Assembly: GCA_031274525.1 (NCBI GenBank)
Contig: JAISQA010000033.1
Span: forward strand, 1 to 54,014
Length of the DNA: 54,014 nucleotides
Reading direction: 5' to 3'
Origin: Candidatus Margulisiibacteriota bacterium
GTDB lineage: Bacteria > Margulisbacteria > Termititenacia > Termititenacales > Termititenacaceae
Part shown: piece by piece, positions 18,856-28,100 of the stretch
How the letters are laid out: each line of letters opens with the position of its first letter
How positions within the stretch are numbered: the first letter of the stretch is position 1
The notes under the pieces: generated by a model
The model's database searches: none
Told to the model about the DNA's origin: nothing
The model's input: the letters and a program-made list of their open reading frames with translations, nothing else
Position numbers and translations under genes: made by a program

Positions 18856-19128
18856 GTGAATTTTGAATGGAGTGAGGCAAAAAACCAAAGTAATATAAAA
18901 AAACACGGCATTGACTTTGCGGACGCTTTGTATGTTTTCGCCAATCCTTTACACAAAAAAGTTTTTGACGCGGCGCACAGTCTGACAGAAGAAAGATGGA
19001 AAATTATAGGCAATGTCGGCAAAATTCTGCTTGTAATTGTCACTTATAAGTTGCAAGGCACTGTCCGGATTGTTTCCGCCCGCGCAGCGACCAGAACAGA
19101 AAGGAAAGAATATTATGGCCACAATTAG
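18856..19128 (+). CDS. brnT: BrnT-family toxin
   Basis: FEWSEAKN..NIKKHGIDF, HS..EERW..IG, RIVSAR.AT..E...Y. Confidence 0.92.
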   Translation: MNFEWSEAKNQSNIKKHGIDFADALYVFANPLHKKVFDAAHSLTEERWKIIGNVGKILLVIVTYKLQGTVRIVSARAATRTERKEYYGHN

Positions 19129-19432
19129 CAAAAAAATCGATATTTCCAGACCAGTGCCGCAAAAAGTAAAAAACCGGGTTATTACCGGTTTAAGCGGACG
19201 AAAAATTGACCTGACCGACCCGGACAATCCTGAACTGACCGTGGCAGAATTAAGAGAAATTGCCGGACAGGCGCGGGCCGGTAAAGAACGGATTATGTTC
19301 TCACTCCGTCTATCTAAAAACACTGTAAAGTGGTGGCAGAATTTAGGACGGGGTTACACCGGCTTGATGACCAAACTTTTAGAGGAAGCTCCCGGTCATC
19401 CAGACTGGATCAAGGCAGCCATTGAAAAATAA
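19115..19432 (+). CDS. brnA: BrnA-family antitoxin
   Basis: ID..D.PELT, SLRL....VKWW..LG.GY; overlaps the toxin gene. Confidence 0.82.
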   Translation: MATISKKIDISRPVPQKVKNRVITGLSGRKIDLTDPDNPELTVAELREIAGQARAGKERIMFSLRLSKNTVKWWQNLGRGYTGLMTKLLEEAPGHPDWIKAAIEK

Positions 19433-19439
19433 TTTGTAT

Positions 19440-19889
19440 TCAATCCAGCACAAACCGCACCGGGAATCTGACCTGCACAGCCTCCGGCAGACCGCGGAAC
19501 CGCCAGCGTCTGGCGGCGGACAGGGCGGCCTCGTCCAGAGTCCGGTGACCGGAAGAAGCGGTCAGGGACACCTCCTCCACCACTCCGTCCCGATTTATGT
19601 TCAATAAGAGCACGCTTTCGCCCTGCCAGCGGCGCAGCAAAGCCAGCGGCGGATAACGCGGCGGGAGATTGTCCGGAGCGGCATAAGCGGCCAGCTCCGC
19701 GCTGCCCATAACGGCATAAGCCGGCTCAGCCGCAGCGTCCGCAGTGTCAGTGCACAAACCAACCGGCAGCACCGCGCCGCCGGCATTTTGCCCGCAATAG
19801 AAATTATTTAAGTCGAGCTGTCCGGTCAAACAAAACGGCAGGAAGACCAAAAGATGCAGGAGCAGAGACACCCCTAAATATTTCACCAT
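19440..19889 (-). CDS. tonB: Short TonB energy transducer
   Basis: N-terminal S..LH helix; PRYP..A....QG, SSG...LDEAAL.A.RRWRF, PVRF.L. Confidence 0.85.
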   Translation of the reverse strand: MVKYLGVSLLLHLLVFLPFCLTGQLDLNNFYCGQNAGGAVLPVGLCTDTADAAAEPAYAVMGSAELAAYAAPDNLPPRYPPLALLRRWQGESVLLLNINRDGVVEEVSLTASSGHRTLDEAALSAARRWRFRGLPEAVQVRFPVRFVLD

Positions 19890-19945
19890 ATAAATCTCCG
19901 TAATAGCCTGAATAAATATTTGCCTACATATCTCTCATAATCTTC

Positions 19946-20257
19946 TCATAACGCAAAATTTACGTTTGTAATATGCTGTTCCTGCAGGCGGTGCAGGACT
20001 TCGCGCACCCGGACAAAAACCACGTCCGGCCTGACCTCGATAAGCACCGGCAGAGAATTTAAAGTATCCAGTCCGGTTATCTTATCCGCGGCAATGACAA
20101 TTTTTTGATATTCTTTGCTATTGCCGTTCTGTCCGGACAGGCCGGCGGGCAGCGCACCGGCCTGAAAAAACGCCGCGCAGACGAAGAACAACAATAATAG
20201 AAAAACCACATCCAGCAACGGCACCAGATCAATATGCGGAGTGGAACGATGTGACAT
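19946..20257 (-). CDS. exbD: ExbD/TolR-family protein
   Basis: IDLVPLLDVVFLLLLFF motif; start taken at MSHRSTP. Confidence 0.8.
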   Translation of the reverse strand: MSHRSTPHIDLVPLLDVVFLLLLFFVCAAFFQAGALPAGLSGQNGNSKEYQKIVIAADKITGLDTLNSLPVLIEVRPDVVFVRVREVLHRLQEQHITNVNFAL

Positions 20258-20259
20258 CC

Positions 20260-20358
20260 CGACTCCGCGCGATGTCCGTTCGGATTGCTTCGACGACCGG
20301 GATTGTTCGGTCATCGAGCGGAGCCGGGATGACCGGCAGCTATCACTACGCTCAGCGT
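20260..20358. repeat. REP-like hairpin element between exbB and exbD
   Basis: CGGTCATCGAGCGGAGCCGGGATGACCGG closely matches the reverse complement of about 28727..28756. Confidence 0.65.
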
Positions 20359-20696
20359 ACATTATCGGACTTATGCAGGAAATAATTGTAGAACACCAGA
20401 TCGGTCAGGGCGATCAGCAGTCCGGCCGCGGTCGTGCGCAGAGCCAGAGCGATACCGCCGGCAATAGACTGCATATCCGCCGTCAGGGAATACCCGCCAA
20501 AAGCCTGCATAATCCCCAGCACCGTGCCCAGAATACCCAGCAGCGGCGCGCTAGAGATCAGTGTTGAAAGCAGATAAAGATACTGTTCGGCTTCTCCAGC
20601 GGTATATTTTTTATGCGTCAAAAAAAACACCAGACGCTCCAGAATAACCGCCAGAGAGACCACCGAACACAAACCCAGCAAAACTAAAACGACCAT
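20352..20696 (-). CDS. exbB: Miniature ExbB/TolQ/MotA-family proton channel
   Basis: S..SLAVILER, APLLGILGTVLGI, GIA.AL.TTAAGL.IA; 114 aa. Confidence 0.85.
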   Translation of the reverse strand: MVVLVLLGLCSVVSLAVILERLVFFLTHKKYTAGEAEQYLYLLSTLISSAPLLGILGTVLGIMQAFGGYSLTADMQSIAGGIALALRTTAAGLLIALTDLVFYNYFLHKSDNVR

Positions 20697-22687
20697 TGCG
20701 CTCCCAAAACCGCCGTGCGCAGGTCAGCGGGGGTGTAAAATTCCTGCCAGAAACCACCAGAAAAACCGACCAACATTTTAGTATTATAAACATTGTTAAA
20801 CAAATTATGTACAGATAGATAGATATTTAGACTGTCATCGGGTCTATAACCAATCTTTGCATCCGCAAAATTATACGCCGGTAAGAGGTCATGCCAATTT
20901 ACCACATCCAGATAATAATCTGCGGCATATTGATAGCTGACAAAATTTTGCACAAAATCAAATGTATATTGACCAAAAGCGCAGGTAAACCCCAGGCTAT
21001 ACACCTCTTCTGGTACTTGAGGAATGACTTCATTATCAACGGCTATCGTATCGTATGTATAAGTATTACTATTCCAATTAGAAAAACTACCTTCTAAAAA
21101 ACGGGCTTTGGTAAAATTATAATTACCAAACACCTGTATATTTGCAGCGATTTTTTGTGCGGCATTGAGATTAAAACCAAGTCGGCTGGTTTTCTGAGCA
21201 TTTTGGGGCACATCAACAAAAGCAAGCGAATCATAAACCCCGATAATTTCATCATCCACAATGGTTTCAAAAACATTCCAGCCAAAATTAGTATACTCAT
21301 TCTGCCAGCGTAGACCGGCTGTCTGCGTTTTGGCCAACTCTGCGGTCAAGTCTGGGTTGCTATTAGCGACCCAGGGCGTATCTACAAACAGATTATAAAA
21401 AGTCGGCGCTTTGAAAGCCTCGCCGTAACTGTAATACACCTGCCAATCCGGTAAAAAGTTGTAACCAAGTTCGCCATTGTGCGTGCGTTTAGAAAATTCT
21501 TTTTCTTTTTTCTGTTCAGATTTATTGAAATTATTATTCTGCACATAGTCCACGCTGTCCTCGCGGGCACCGTAACGCCAGTACACCGGCCCCCAGCGGT
21601 CAAAATACTGGATATATGGCGCGTACTCGCCTTTGGTGGCAGTTAAATCAGAAGTGAGCTTATGGTCTACGTCCAGGCCTTTGCTGCGAACATCCGACAG
21701 CCTGTAATCATAACCAAGCGTCAGTTTATTTTTATAAGTTATTTGGCCAAGATAAGAAACTGCGCTTGCTGTATCGTCCACATAACCCGTAAAACTATTG
21801 GAAGCCTTAGAAATAGTTTTAAGTACCGCCGCCCTATTCTGCAAGCCTAAATTTAAAACATAAGACCAATCGTCATTTAATTGGTGAATATACTCCATAT
21901 TCGTCAGATTGGTTTTGGTATCTTGACGGCTGGCTATCGGAGTCTGCAGACGGTTATCATTTATTTCGTCCGCGGTTAATTGCACCGGATAGTGAGCAGA
22001 AGCGTCAGCCTGTTTGTAGTAAAAGTTTAATCGCTGGTTTTCCGTAAAATAGCCCGCCGATCCGGAAAAACGCTGATCCGCATAAGCGGATTTATTCCGG
22101 TAGCCGGTACCGGCGAGATTATCAAAATTCAAATGATAATAAAAATTATCCGCAAAAGTATCGCCGAGAGTAAAACCCTGCCGGCCAAAACCATAAGAAC
22201 CGGCCTCGACCACGACGGATTTTTGCGGAACTTTGCCTGTAACTATATTGATCACTCCGGCAAATGCGCCGGAGCCGTACTGCGCCGAACCCGCGCCGGG
22301 CATAATTTCAATACGTTCGATATTAGCCACAGGGATATTCTGCCAGTAAACATCATTCTCATCCGGTTCATTAACCTTAATACCGTCCACGATCACAACT
22401 GTTTCCTGGCCTTTCGTAAAACCATTCCAGTTCAGCGTCCAGGCAAGCGGACTGCCTGTGCCGTTGCTGTATTTAGCAATGCCGTATTTTTGCAGGACAT
22501 CGGGGACGGTCAGCGCGCCGACGGCCTGAATATCCGCCGAAGTGATAACCTGTGCGGCGCCGTAATAGCCGGTCTGCAGCGAGCCGTCATACAGCCGCTT
22601 GCCGACCACCGTGATACCTGAAGATTCATAGACCTGGGAAAAACCGAGAGAGAGCAACAGAACGCATAGCCAAAAAAACTTTTGCAT
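20684..22687 (-). CDS. btuB: TonB-dependent receptor, probably for corrinoids (BtuB-like)
   Basis: Signal peptide; TonB-box-like ITVVG; plug motif IERIEI..G..S..YG.GA..GVINIVT; NLFN..Y; terminal Phe; upstream cobalamin riboswitch. Confidence 0.8.
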   Translation of the reverse strand: MQKFFWLCVLLLSLGFSQVYESSGITVVGKRLYDGSLQTGYYGAAQVITSADIQAVGALTVPDVLQKYGIAKYSNGTGSPLAWTLNWNGFTKGQETVVIVDGIKVNEPDENDVYWQNIPVANIERIEIMPGAGSAQYGSGAFAGVINIVTGKVPQKSVVVEAGSYGFGRQGFTLGDTFADNFYYHLNFDNLAGTGYRNKSAYADQRFSGSAGYFTENQRLNFYYKQADASAHYPVQLTADEINDNRLQTPIASRQDTKTNLTNMEYIHQLNDDWSYVLNLGLQNRAAVLKTISKASNSFTGYVDDTASAVSYLGQITYKNKLTLGYDYRLSDVRSKGLDVDHKLTSDLTATKGEYAPYIQYFDRWGPVYWRYGAREDSVDYVQNNNFNKSEQKKEKEFSKRTHNGELGYNFLPDWQVYYSYGEAFKAPTFYNLFVDTPWVANSNPDLTAELAKTQTAGLRWQNEYTNFGWNVFETIVDDEIIGVYDSLAFVDVPQNAQKTSRLGFNLNAAQKIAANIQVFGNYNFTKARFLEGSFSNWNSNTYTYDTIAVDNEVIPQVPEEVYSLGFTCAFGQYTFDFVQNFVSYQYAADYYLDVVNWHDLLPAYNFADAKIGYRPDDSLNIYLSVHNLFNNVYNTKMLVGFSGGFWQEFYTPADLRTAVLGAQWSF

Positions 22688-22711
22688 GATTTCCTCCGCG
22701 GGATGTATTTG

Positions 22712-22830
22712 GCCACCTGAGTATTCCGACTGCACAGGTTTAAAGCGAAATAATTTTATTTTAATTTCGCGAACCTGTTCACGGCTGCGGGACAGCGCTG
22801 GATTTACACCAGACTTTCCTCAAATAGCGT
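22712..22830 (-). ncRNA. Cobalamin riboswitch (compact, class-II-like)
   Basis: Minus strand reads GAGGAAAGTCTGGTGTAAATCCAGCGCTGTCCCGCAGCCGTGA...AGTCGGAATACTCA, matching the cobalamin core and B12 box; immediately 5' of the receptor RBS. Confidence 0.85.
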
Positions 22831-22986
22831 GGAGATAATAACAGCTAAAAATTTAGTTGTAAATCTCCGCCAGCGCCGGGTTGCGGTCTTTGTCCGGGCA
22901 GCTTTGGCGGCTGGTTGGCATTTTTTTTGCAGTTTTTGACCTGTGTGAAAAATCATAAAAAAATGCCAGGTGAAAGGAGCGCAGAA

Positions 22987-23520
22987 ATGAAAAAAGAAAT
23001 AACTATTGTGCCGGAGGTTATTGAAAACAAGATATTTTTAATCCGCGGAAAAAAGGTAATGCTGGATAATGATCTGGCCGCCCTGTACAGCGTGGAAACT
23101 AAACAATTAAAAAGAGCAGTAAAAAGAAACCTTAAACGGTTTCCTGAAGATTTCATGTTTGAACTTACCAAAAAAGAATTTAAAGTTTTGAGGTGCCATT
23201 TTGGCACCTCAAAAACCAGAGGCGGCAGACAATATGCGCCGTACGCCTTTACAGAACAAGGACTGGCTATGTTGTCCGGTATTTTATCCAGTAACCGCGC
23301 AATCGCTGTCAATATCCAGATCATGCGCACCTTCACAAAACTGCGGGCAATAATACTCACCCACAAAGAATTGCAAAACAAAATCGCGGAAATGGAGAAA
23401 AAATACGATCATCAATTTCAGGCTGTGTTCGAAGCGATTAAACAACTGCTGAGACCGCCTGAGCCGCCGCCCAATCCTAATCGAGGGAAATGGGGTTTCG
23501 TGCCGAATAAAACCAGCTAA
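22987..23520 (+). CDS. ORF6N-domain DNA-binding protein
   Basis: IRGKKVMLD.DLA.LY.VETK.L..AVKRN..RFPEDFMF.LT, PYAFTEQG.AMLS; AAGGAG RBS. Confidence 0.92.
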   Translation: MKKEITIVPEVIENKIFLIRGKKVMLDNDLAALYSVETKQLKRAVKRNLKRFPEDFMFELTKKEFKVLRCHFGTSKTRGGRQYAPYAFTEQGLAMLSGILSSNRAIAVNIQIMRTFTKLRAIILTHKELQNKIAEMEKKYDHQFQAVFEAIKQLLRPPEPPPNPNRGKWGFVPNKTS

Positions 23521-23668
23521 AGCGCCGAGGGACTGCGGCTAAGCGGATTACTGCATAATCTTTAAATTATTGCTTACACCGAATTTTTCTGCTTTATGCG
23601 GATTGGCTGCAATTTCGCAAATTTACTTGCGATATCCTGGTATAAGAAAAAAAGAAAGGGGCCAGGAT

Positions 23669-24046
23669 ATGCCAAAACTAATTTTAATCTCTTTAATTTT
23701 ACTGGCCTTTGCTCCCGCCTCGATCTCCCGGCTGTATATCGGCGAAAGCGGCGGCCAGCTGATGGCCGGCGTGGACACCAGAATAAAATTCGGCCCGTTC
23801 TTCGTCGGCGGCGATATCAAAACTGTCATCCGTAAAATGGTGTTCAATGAACAGGACAAACTGATCGGCTTCCTGCCGGATCGCACGGATTACAAAACCG
23901 CGGCCGGTATCGCGGTCAACGGCGTGGAGATCGAATACGCGCACACCTGTTATCACCGGGTGATCTCGGACAGCAATTTAAGTTTTTACGCGGATAACAT
24001 TAACCCCGGCGACACGGATACGATCACCGTCAAAATAGCTTTTTAG
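23669..24046 (+). CDS. Secreted hypothetical protein, possibly a small outer-membrane beta protein
   Basis: Signal peptide, amphipathic strands, C-terminal Phe (TITVKIAF). Confidence 0.55.
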   Translation: MPKLILISLILLAFAPASISRLYIGESGGQLMAGVDTRIKFGPFFVGGDIKTVIRKMVFNEQDKLIGFLPDRTDYKTAAGIAVNGVEIEYAHTCYHRVISDSNLSFYADNINPGDTDTITVKIAF

Positions 24047-24703
24047 CTATTGCTGCACGCCCGGCTGCTGGAGCACAAAATTCAGCGCATCCTGCGGATT
24101 ATCACTGGCTGCCACTTCTACTAAAAGTTTTTTGGCCTGATAAAAAGCAATGAGCGGCCGGGTCTTCTCCATAAAAGTCGCGTAACGTTTACGGATAGTC
24201 TCTTCTTTGTCATCCTCTCTCTGGATCAGCTGGCCGCCGCAGTCATCACAGACGCCGGAAGCCTTGGGCGGCAGATTGACGAGGTGATACGGCCGGCCGC
24301 ATTGCTGGCAGGAAACCCGGCTGACCAAACGGCGGATCACCCGCTCCAGATCCACGCTAAGATAAAACACCGCGCCCAACGGCCGCTGCAATCCGGCCAG
24401 AATCTCTTCCAGCATTTCCGCCTGCGGTATAGTCCGCGGAAAACCATCCAGCAAAACGCCCGCCTTACAATCCTCCGCACCGAGCCTGTCTTTGATCATC
24501 CGGCCGATCAGCTCATCGGGCACCAGCGCGCCGGAGCTGACATAGCCGTTGAGCTCCTGGCCCAGCGCCGAGCCGGAAGCGATCACCTCCCGCAATAAAT
24601 CACCGGTGGAAATATGCTTGATCTGCAGCGCCGGACAGAGCCCGGCAGCCAGCGTGCCTTTGCCCGCGCCGGGCGCGCCAAGAATTATTAAATCTTTACC
24701 CAT
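24047..24703 (-). CDS. adk: Adenylate kinase
   Basis: GAPGAGKGT, HISTGD, LDGFPRT, Cys4 lid. Confidence 0.97.
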   Translation of the reverse strand: MGKDLIILGAPGAGKGTLAAGLCPALQIKHISTGDLLREVIASGSALGQELNGYVSSGALVPDELIGRMIKDRLGAEDCKAGVLLDGFPRTIPQAEMLEEILAGLQRPLGAVFYLSVDLERVIRRLVSRVSCQQCGRPYHLVNLPPKASGVCDDCGGQLIQREDDKEETIRKRYATFMEKTRPLIAFYQAKKLLVEVAASDNPQDALNFVLQQPGVQQ

Positions 24704-24787
24704 TTTAGCTCCTTGCTGTAGCTTGCAAAAACTATTTTGCGCCCTTTGCCAGAAAGCGCCGGCACGCGAAGCGCGGCCGGGGGCAGG

Positions 24788-26059
24788 TTATCTGATCAAG
24801 CCCTCGTATTTGCTGTTCACGATAACCATATCAATCTGACGCATTAAGTCCAGAGCCACACCGACCATAATCAAAAGCGCCGTGCCGCCCAAACCCATAA
24901 AAGTATATATTCTGGTAATATTGGCCGTGACTGTCGGCAGAATAGTGATAACGGCCAAAAAGGTAGCGCCCAGAAAAGTCAGCTGCGAAATAATTTTATC
25001 CAGATACTGCACGGTCGGCTGGCCGGGACGCACGCCTAAGATAAACCCGCCGTACTTCTGAATATTGTCCGCCAGTTCTTTGGGGTTGAAAGTGATCGCC
25101 GTATAAAAATAAGTAAAGAAAAAAATCAAAAAGGCAAACACCGCCATATACCAGACGCTGCCCGGACTCAGCGCGCCGGCCACCACGGCCAGCACCGGCA
25201 GAAAATTAGCCAGCATGGCCGGGAACATCAGCACCGAGGAAGCAAAGATTATCGGCAGCACACCGCCCTGATTGATCTTCAGCGGAATATAGGTCGCCTG
25301 TCCGCCGTACATTTTATTGCCGACGATTTTTTTAGCGTACTGCACGGGTATCTTGCGCTGGGCATCCTGCACGATCACAATGCCGACCACCACCAGCACC
25401 AGCACCGCAATTAGAAAAAACAGCCCCAGATAAGAGGACGGCGACTGCAAAACTTTCATAGTACTGGAAATATAATTCGGCATGCGGGAAACGATACCGA
25501 CAAAAATAATCAGCGAAGCGCCGTTGCCGATGCCGTTCACAGTGACCAGCTCCGAGATCCACATCAAAAAAGCCGTGCCGCCGACCATAGTCAAAGCCGA
25601 GGTCAGCACAAACCACCAATAAGAAAGATAGCCGGTATTGATCGTGATCAGCTCGGTGTTCAAAAAACTGATCGCGACGGTCAGCCCCTGAAAAAAGCCT
25701 AAGCCCAGCGCCAGATAACGGGTGTACTGGGCAATCTGCCGGCGGCCGGATTCACCCTCCTGCGAAAGTTCTTTCAGCGACGGCAGCACTACCGTCAGGA
25801 GCTGCAAAATAATCGAGGCATTAATGTAGGGAATGATGCCCATCGAAAATATCGAGAAATTGGTCAGCGCGCCGCCGGAAAACAAATCCACAAAACCCAG
25901 GACCCCGTTATTGGCAAACAGGTCGCCCAGGCCCGAAGTGTTGATCCCCGGCAAAGCAATAAAGGTGCCGATGCGCGACACCGCGATCATCGCCAAAGTA
26001 AACAGCAGTTTTTTTCGCAAATCCGGCAGCTGGAAAATGTATTTCAGATTGGACAGCAT
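24788..26059 (-). CDS. secY: Preprotein translocase SecY
   Basis: SIFSMGIIPYINASII, GIGNGASLIIF, GVRPG..T. Confidence 0.98.
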   Translation of the reverse strand: MLSNLKYIFQLPDLRKKLLFTLAMIAVSRIGTFIALPGINTSGLGDLFANNGVLGFVDLFSGGALTNFSIFSMGIIPYINASIILQLLTVVLPSLKELSQEGESGRRQIAQYTRYLALGLGFFQGLTVAISFLNTELITINTGYLSYWWFVLTSALTMVGGTAFLMWISELVTVNGIGNGASLIIFVGIVSRMPNYISSTMKVLQSPSSYLGLFFLIAVLVLVVVGIVIVQDAQRKIPVQYAKKIVGNKMYGGQATYIPLKINQGGVLPIIFASSVLMFPAMLANFLPVLAVVAGALSPGSVWYMAVFAFLIFFFTYFYTAITFNPKELADNIQKYGGFILGVRPGQPTVQYLDKIISQLTFLGATFLAVITILPTVTANITRIYTFMGLGGTALLIMVGVALDLMRQIDMVIVNSKYEGLIR

Positions 26060-26517
26060 TATTTTACGATCTGCAGAGTCTGCACTGCGCCGCCGGCTTT
26101 TTGCAGTTTCGCTTTGGCCGACTCCGAAAAAGCATGGGCCTGCACGGTCAAAGCGGCCTGCACTTCTCCGCCGCCCAGAACTTTCAGAAATTTCGCGCTT
26201 TTACGCACCACGCCGGCCTCGATCAGCACGGCCAGATTGACCGCTCCGTCTTTAGCCGCGGCCGCCAATTTGCCGACATTTACCACCGTATAAGCGATCC
26301 GGTCAGCCGGACGAAAGCCGCGCAATTTCGGTGTACGTTTGTACAGGGGCTTCTGCCCGCCTTCATGACCGGTATAGACGCCGCCGCCCGCCCGCGAACC
26401 CTGGCCTTTGTGTCCCCGGCCGGCCTGCTGGCCCTGACCGGAAGCATGGCCGCGGCCCAGCCGCTTGCTCGCTCTTCTGGCTCCTCTATCCGGACGCAGT
26501 TCATTTAACCTAACCAT
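26059..26517 (-). CDS. rplO: 50S ribosomal protein L15
   Basis: RLGRG..SG.G..AGRGHKGQ.SR. Confidence 0.97.
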   Translation of the reverse strand: MVRLNELRPDRGARRASKRLGRGHASGQGQQAGRGHKGQGSRAGGGVYTGHEGGQKPLYKRTPKLRGFRPADRIAYTVVNVGKLAAAAKDGAVNLAVLIEAGVVRKSAKFLKVLGGGEVQAALTVQAHAFSESAKAKLQKAGGAVQTLQIVK

Positions 26518-26522
26518 TTTCT

Positions 26523-27107
26523 TTACTCCTTATCCGGCACCGGGCCTGCAGACGCGCCCGTATTTGTGTAAATTTTATCGCCGTAAGTGATGCTTCTCTC
26601 ACCGGTATTATAGGTCGAGAGCTTTATGCCGCGCAGGGCCTCGACTGTTTTTTGATCCATTAGACTATTCAAAGCATAAATAGTCGCGCGCGCCGCATTG
26701 ACCGGCGAAGAAGAACCTTTGGATTTGGCCACCACATCCTTGATACCGGCTAATTCCAGCACCGCTCTGACCGCGCCGCCGGCAATAACGCCCGTGCCCT
26801 TGCGCGCCGGCTTGAGAATAACCCGGGAGGCTTCATATTTGCCCTCAATATCGTGCGGGATGGTCGTGCCTAAAAACTTCACATTGATCTGGGCTTTTTT
26901 GGCGGACTCGATGGCCTTGCGAATGGCTTTGGGCACCTCAATAGACTTGCTTACGCCAAAACCCACCTTGCCCTTCAGATCACCGACGACTACGGCCGCG
27001 CGAAAACGCATATTCTTACCGCCCTTGACCACCTTGGTCACGCGGTCTATCGAAATAACCCGCTCCTGCTGATCCGTATTTCTGGCGTTAAAATCTTTTT
27101 CTGACAT
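26523..27107 (-). CDS. rpsE: 30S ribosomal protein S5
   Basis: [24 protein letters not shown]. Confidence 0.97.
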   Translation of the reverse strand: MSEKDFNARNTDQQERVISIDRVTKVVKGGKNMRFRAAVVVGDLKGKVGFGVSKSIEVPKAIRKAIESAKKAQINVKFLGTTIPHDIEGKYEASRVILKPARKGTGVIAGGAVRAVLELAGIKDVVAKSKGSSSPVNAARATIYALNSLMDQKTVEALRGIKLSTYNTGERSITYGDKIYTNTGASAGPVPDKE

Positions 27108-27174
27108 CTAACTTCTCCTTAATGACTGCCGTCCGGCGGATAAGCCGCCGCCGCTGCAAAATGCTGTCTTTTAC

Positions 27175-27498
27175 TCAAAACTCCAGCCCGGCCACGCGCG
27201 CCGCGTCAGCCAGAGCTTTAATCTTACCGTGATACAAATACCGCCGGCGGTCGAAATTCACTTTTTTCACTCCGGCGGCCACCGCTTTTTGCGCAATAGC
27301 CGTGCCGACTTTTTGGGCGGTCTCGATATTATTTTTATCTTCTTTAGCCGAGACAGTGTAAGCCAGCGTCACCGCTCTGGTGTCATCCACGACCTGCGCG
27401 GTAATATGCCGGATGGACTTGTGCACCGCCAGCCGCGGCCGCTCCGCAGTGCCCAGCACTTTTTTCGCTCTATTCAAGGTTCTTTTTAATCTAGCCAT
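27175..27498 (-). CDS. rplR: 50S ribosomal protein L18
   Basis: GTAERPRLAV, FDR..Y.YHG.IKALA. Confidence 0.96.
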   Translation of the reverse strand: MARLKRTLNRAKKVLGTAERPRLAVHKSIRHITAQVVDDTRAVTLAYTVSAKEDKNNIETAQKVGTAIAQKAVAAGVKKVNFDRRRYLYHGKIKALADAARVAGLEF

Positions 27499-27541
27499 TT
27501 TTTCTTATCTCCTGTTTCAGGCGGACATTTGAGTCACGCCG

Positions 27542-28087
27542 TTACTTCGCGGACTTGCCAGCCTTGCGCGCGATAATCTCATCAGAATAACGGATGCCCT
27601 TGCCTTTGTACGGCTCCGGCCCGCGGATCGCCCGGATATTGGCGGCCACCTGCCCGACCACCTGTTTGTCCGCGCCCTCAATGGTCAGCACATTATTATC
27701 CAGCTTAAAGGTAATGCCGGGCACTTCCTTGAACTCCACGTCATGGGAAAAACCCATTTGAATATTTAAGCCCTTGCCTTTGGCCTGCATACGATAACCC
27801 ACGCCCTCCCAGGTCAGAGCTTTGGTAAAACCGGCCGTCACGCCCTTAACCATATTATTGAGCAGCACGCGGTAAGTGCCGTGCAGGGCGGCGGTCGCCT
27901 TCTCCTCGTCGGTCGGGGCCAAAACCACAGAGTTGTCTTTTTTTTCGATCTTAATGCTCTTGCGAAAATCCTGGCTCAAGGCGCCCTTCGGGCCCTTGAC
28001 CGAGATCTTATAAATCAGCCCGGTATCCTGAATATTCACATCCACACCCTGAGGGATCACCACCGGAGCTTTGCCTATTCTACCCAT
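27542..28087 (-). CDS. rplF: 50S ribosomal protein L6
   Basis: MGRIGK, PEPYKGKGIRY. Confidence 0.97.
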   Translation of the reverse strand: MGRIGKAPVVIPQGVDVNIQDTGLIYKISVKGPKGALSQDFRKSIKIEKKDNSVVLAPTDEEKATAALHGTYRVLLNNMVKGVTAGFTKALTWEGVGYRMQAKGKGLNIQMGFSHDVEFKEVPGITFKLDNNVLTIEGADKQVVGQVAANIRAIRGPEPYKGKGIRYSDEIIARKAGKSAK

Positions 28088-28100
28088 TGTGCCTGTCCTC

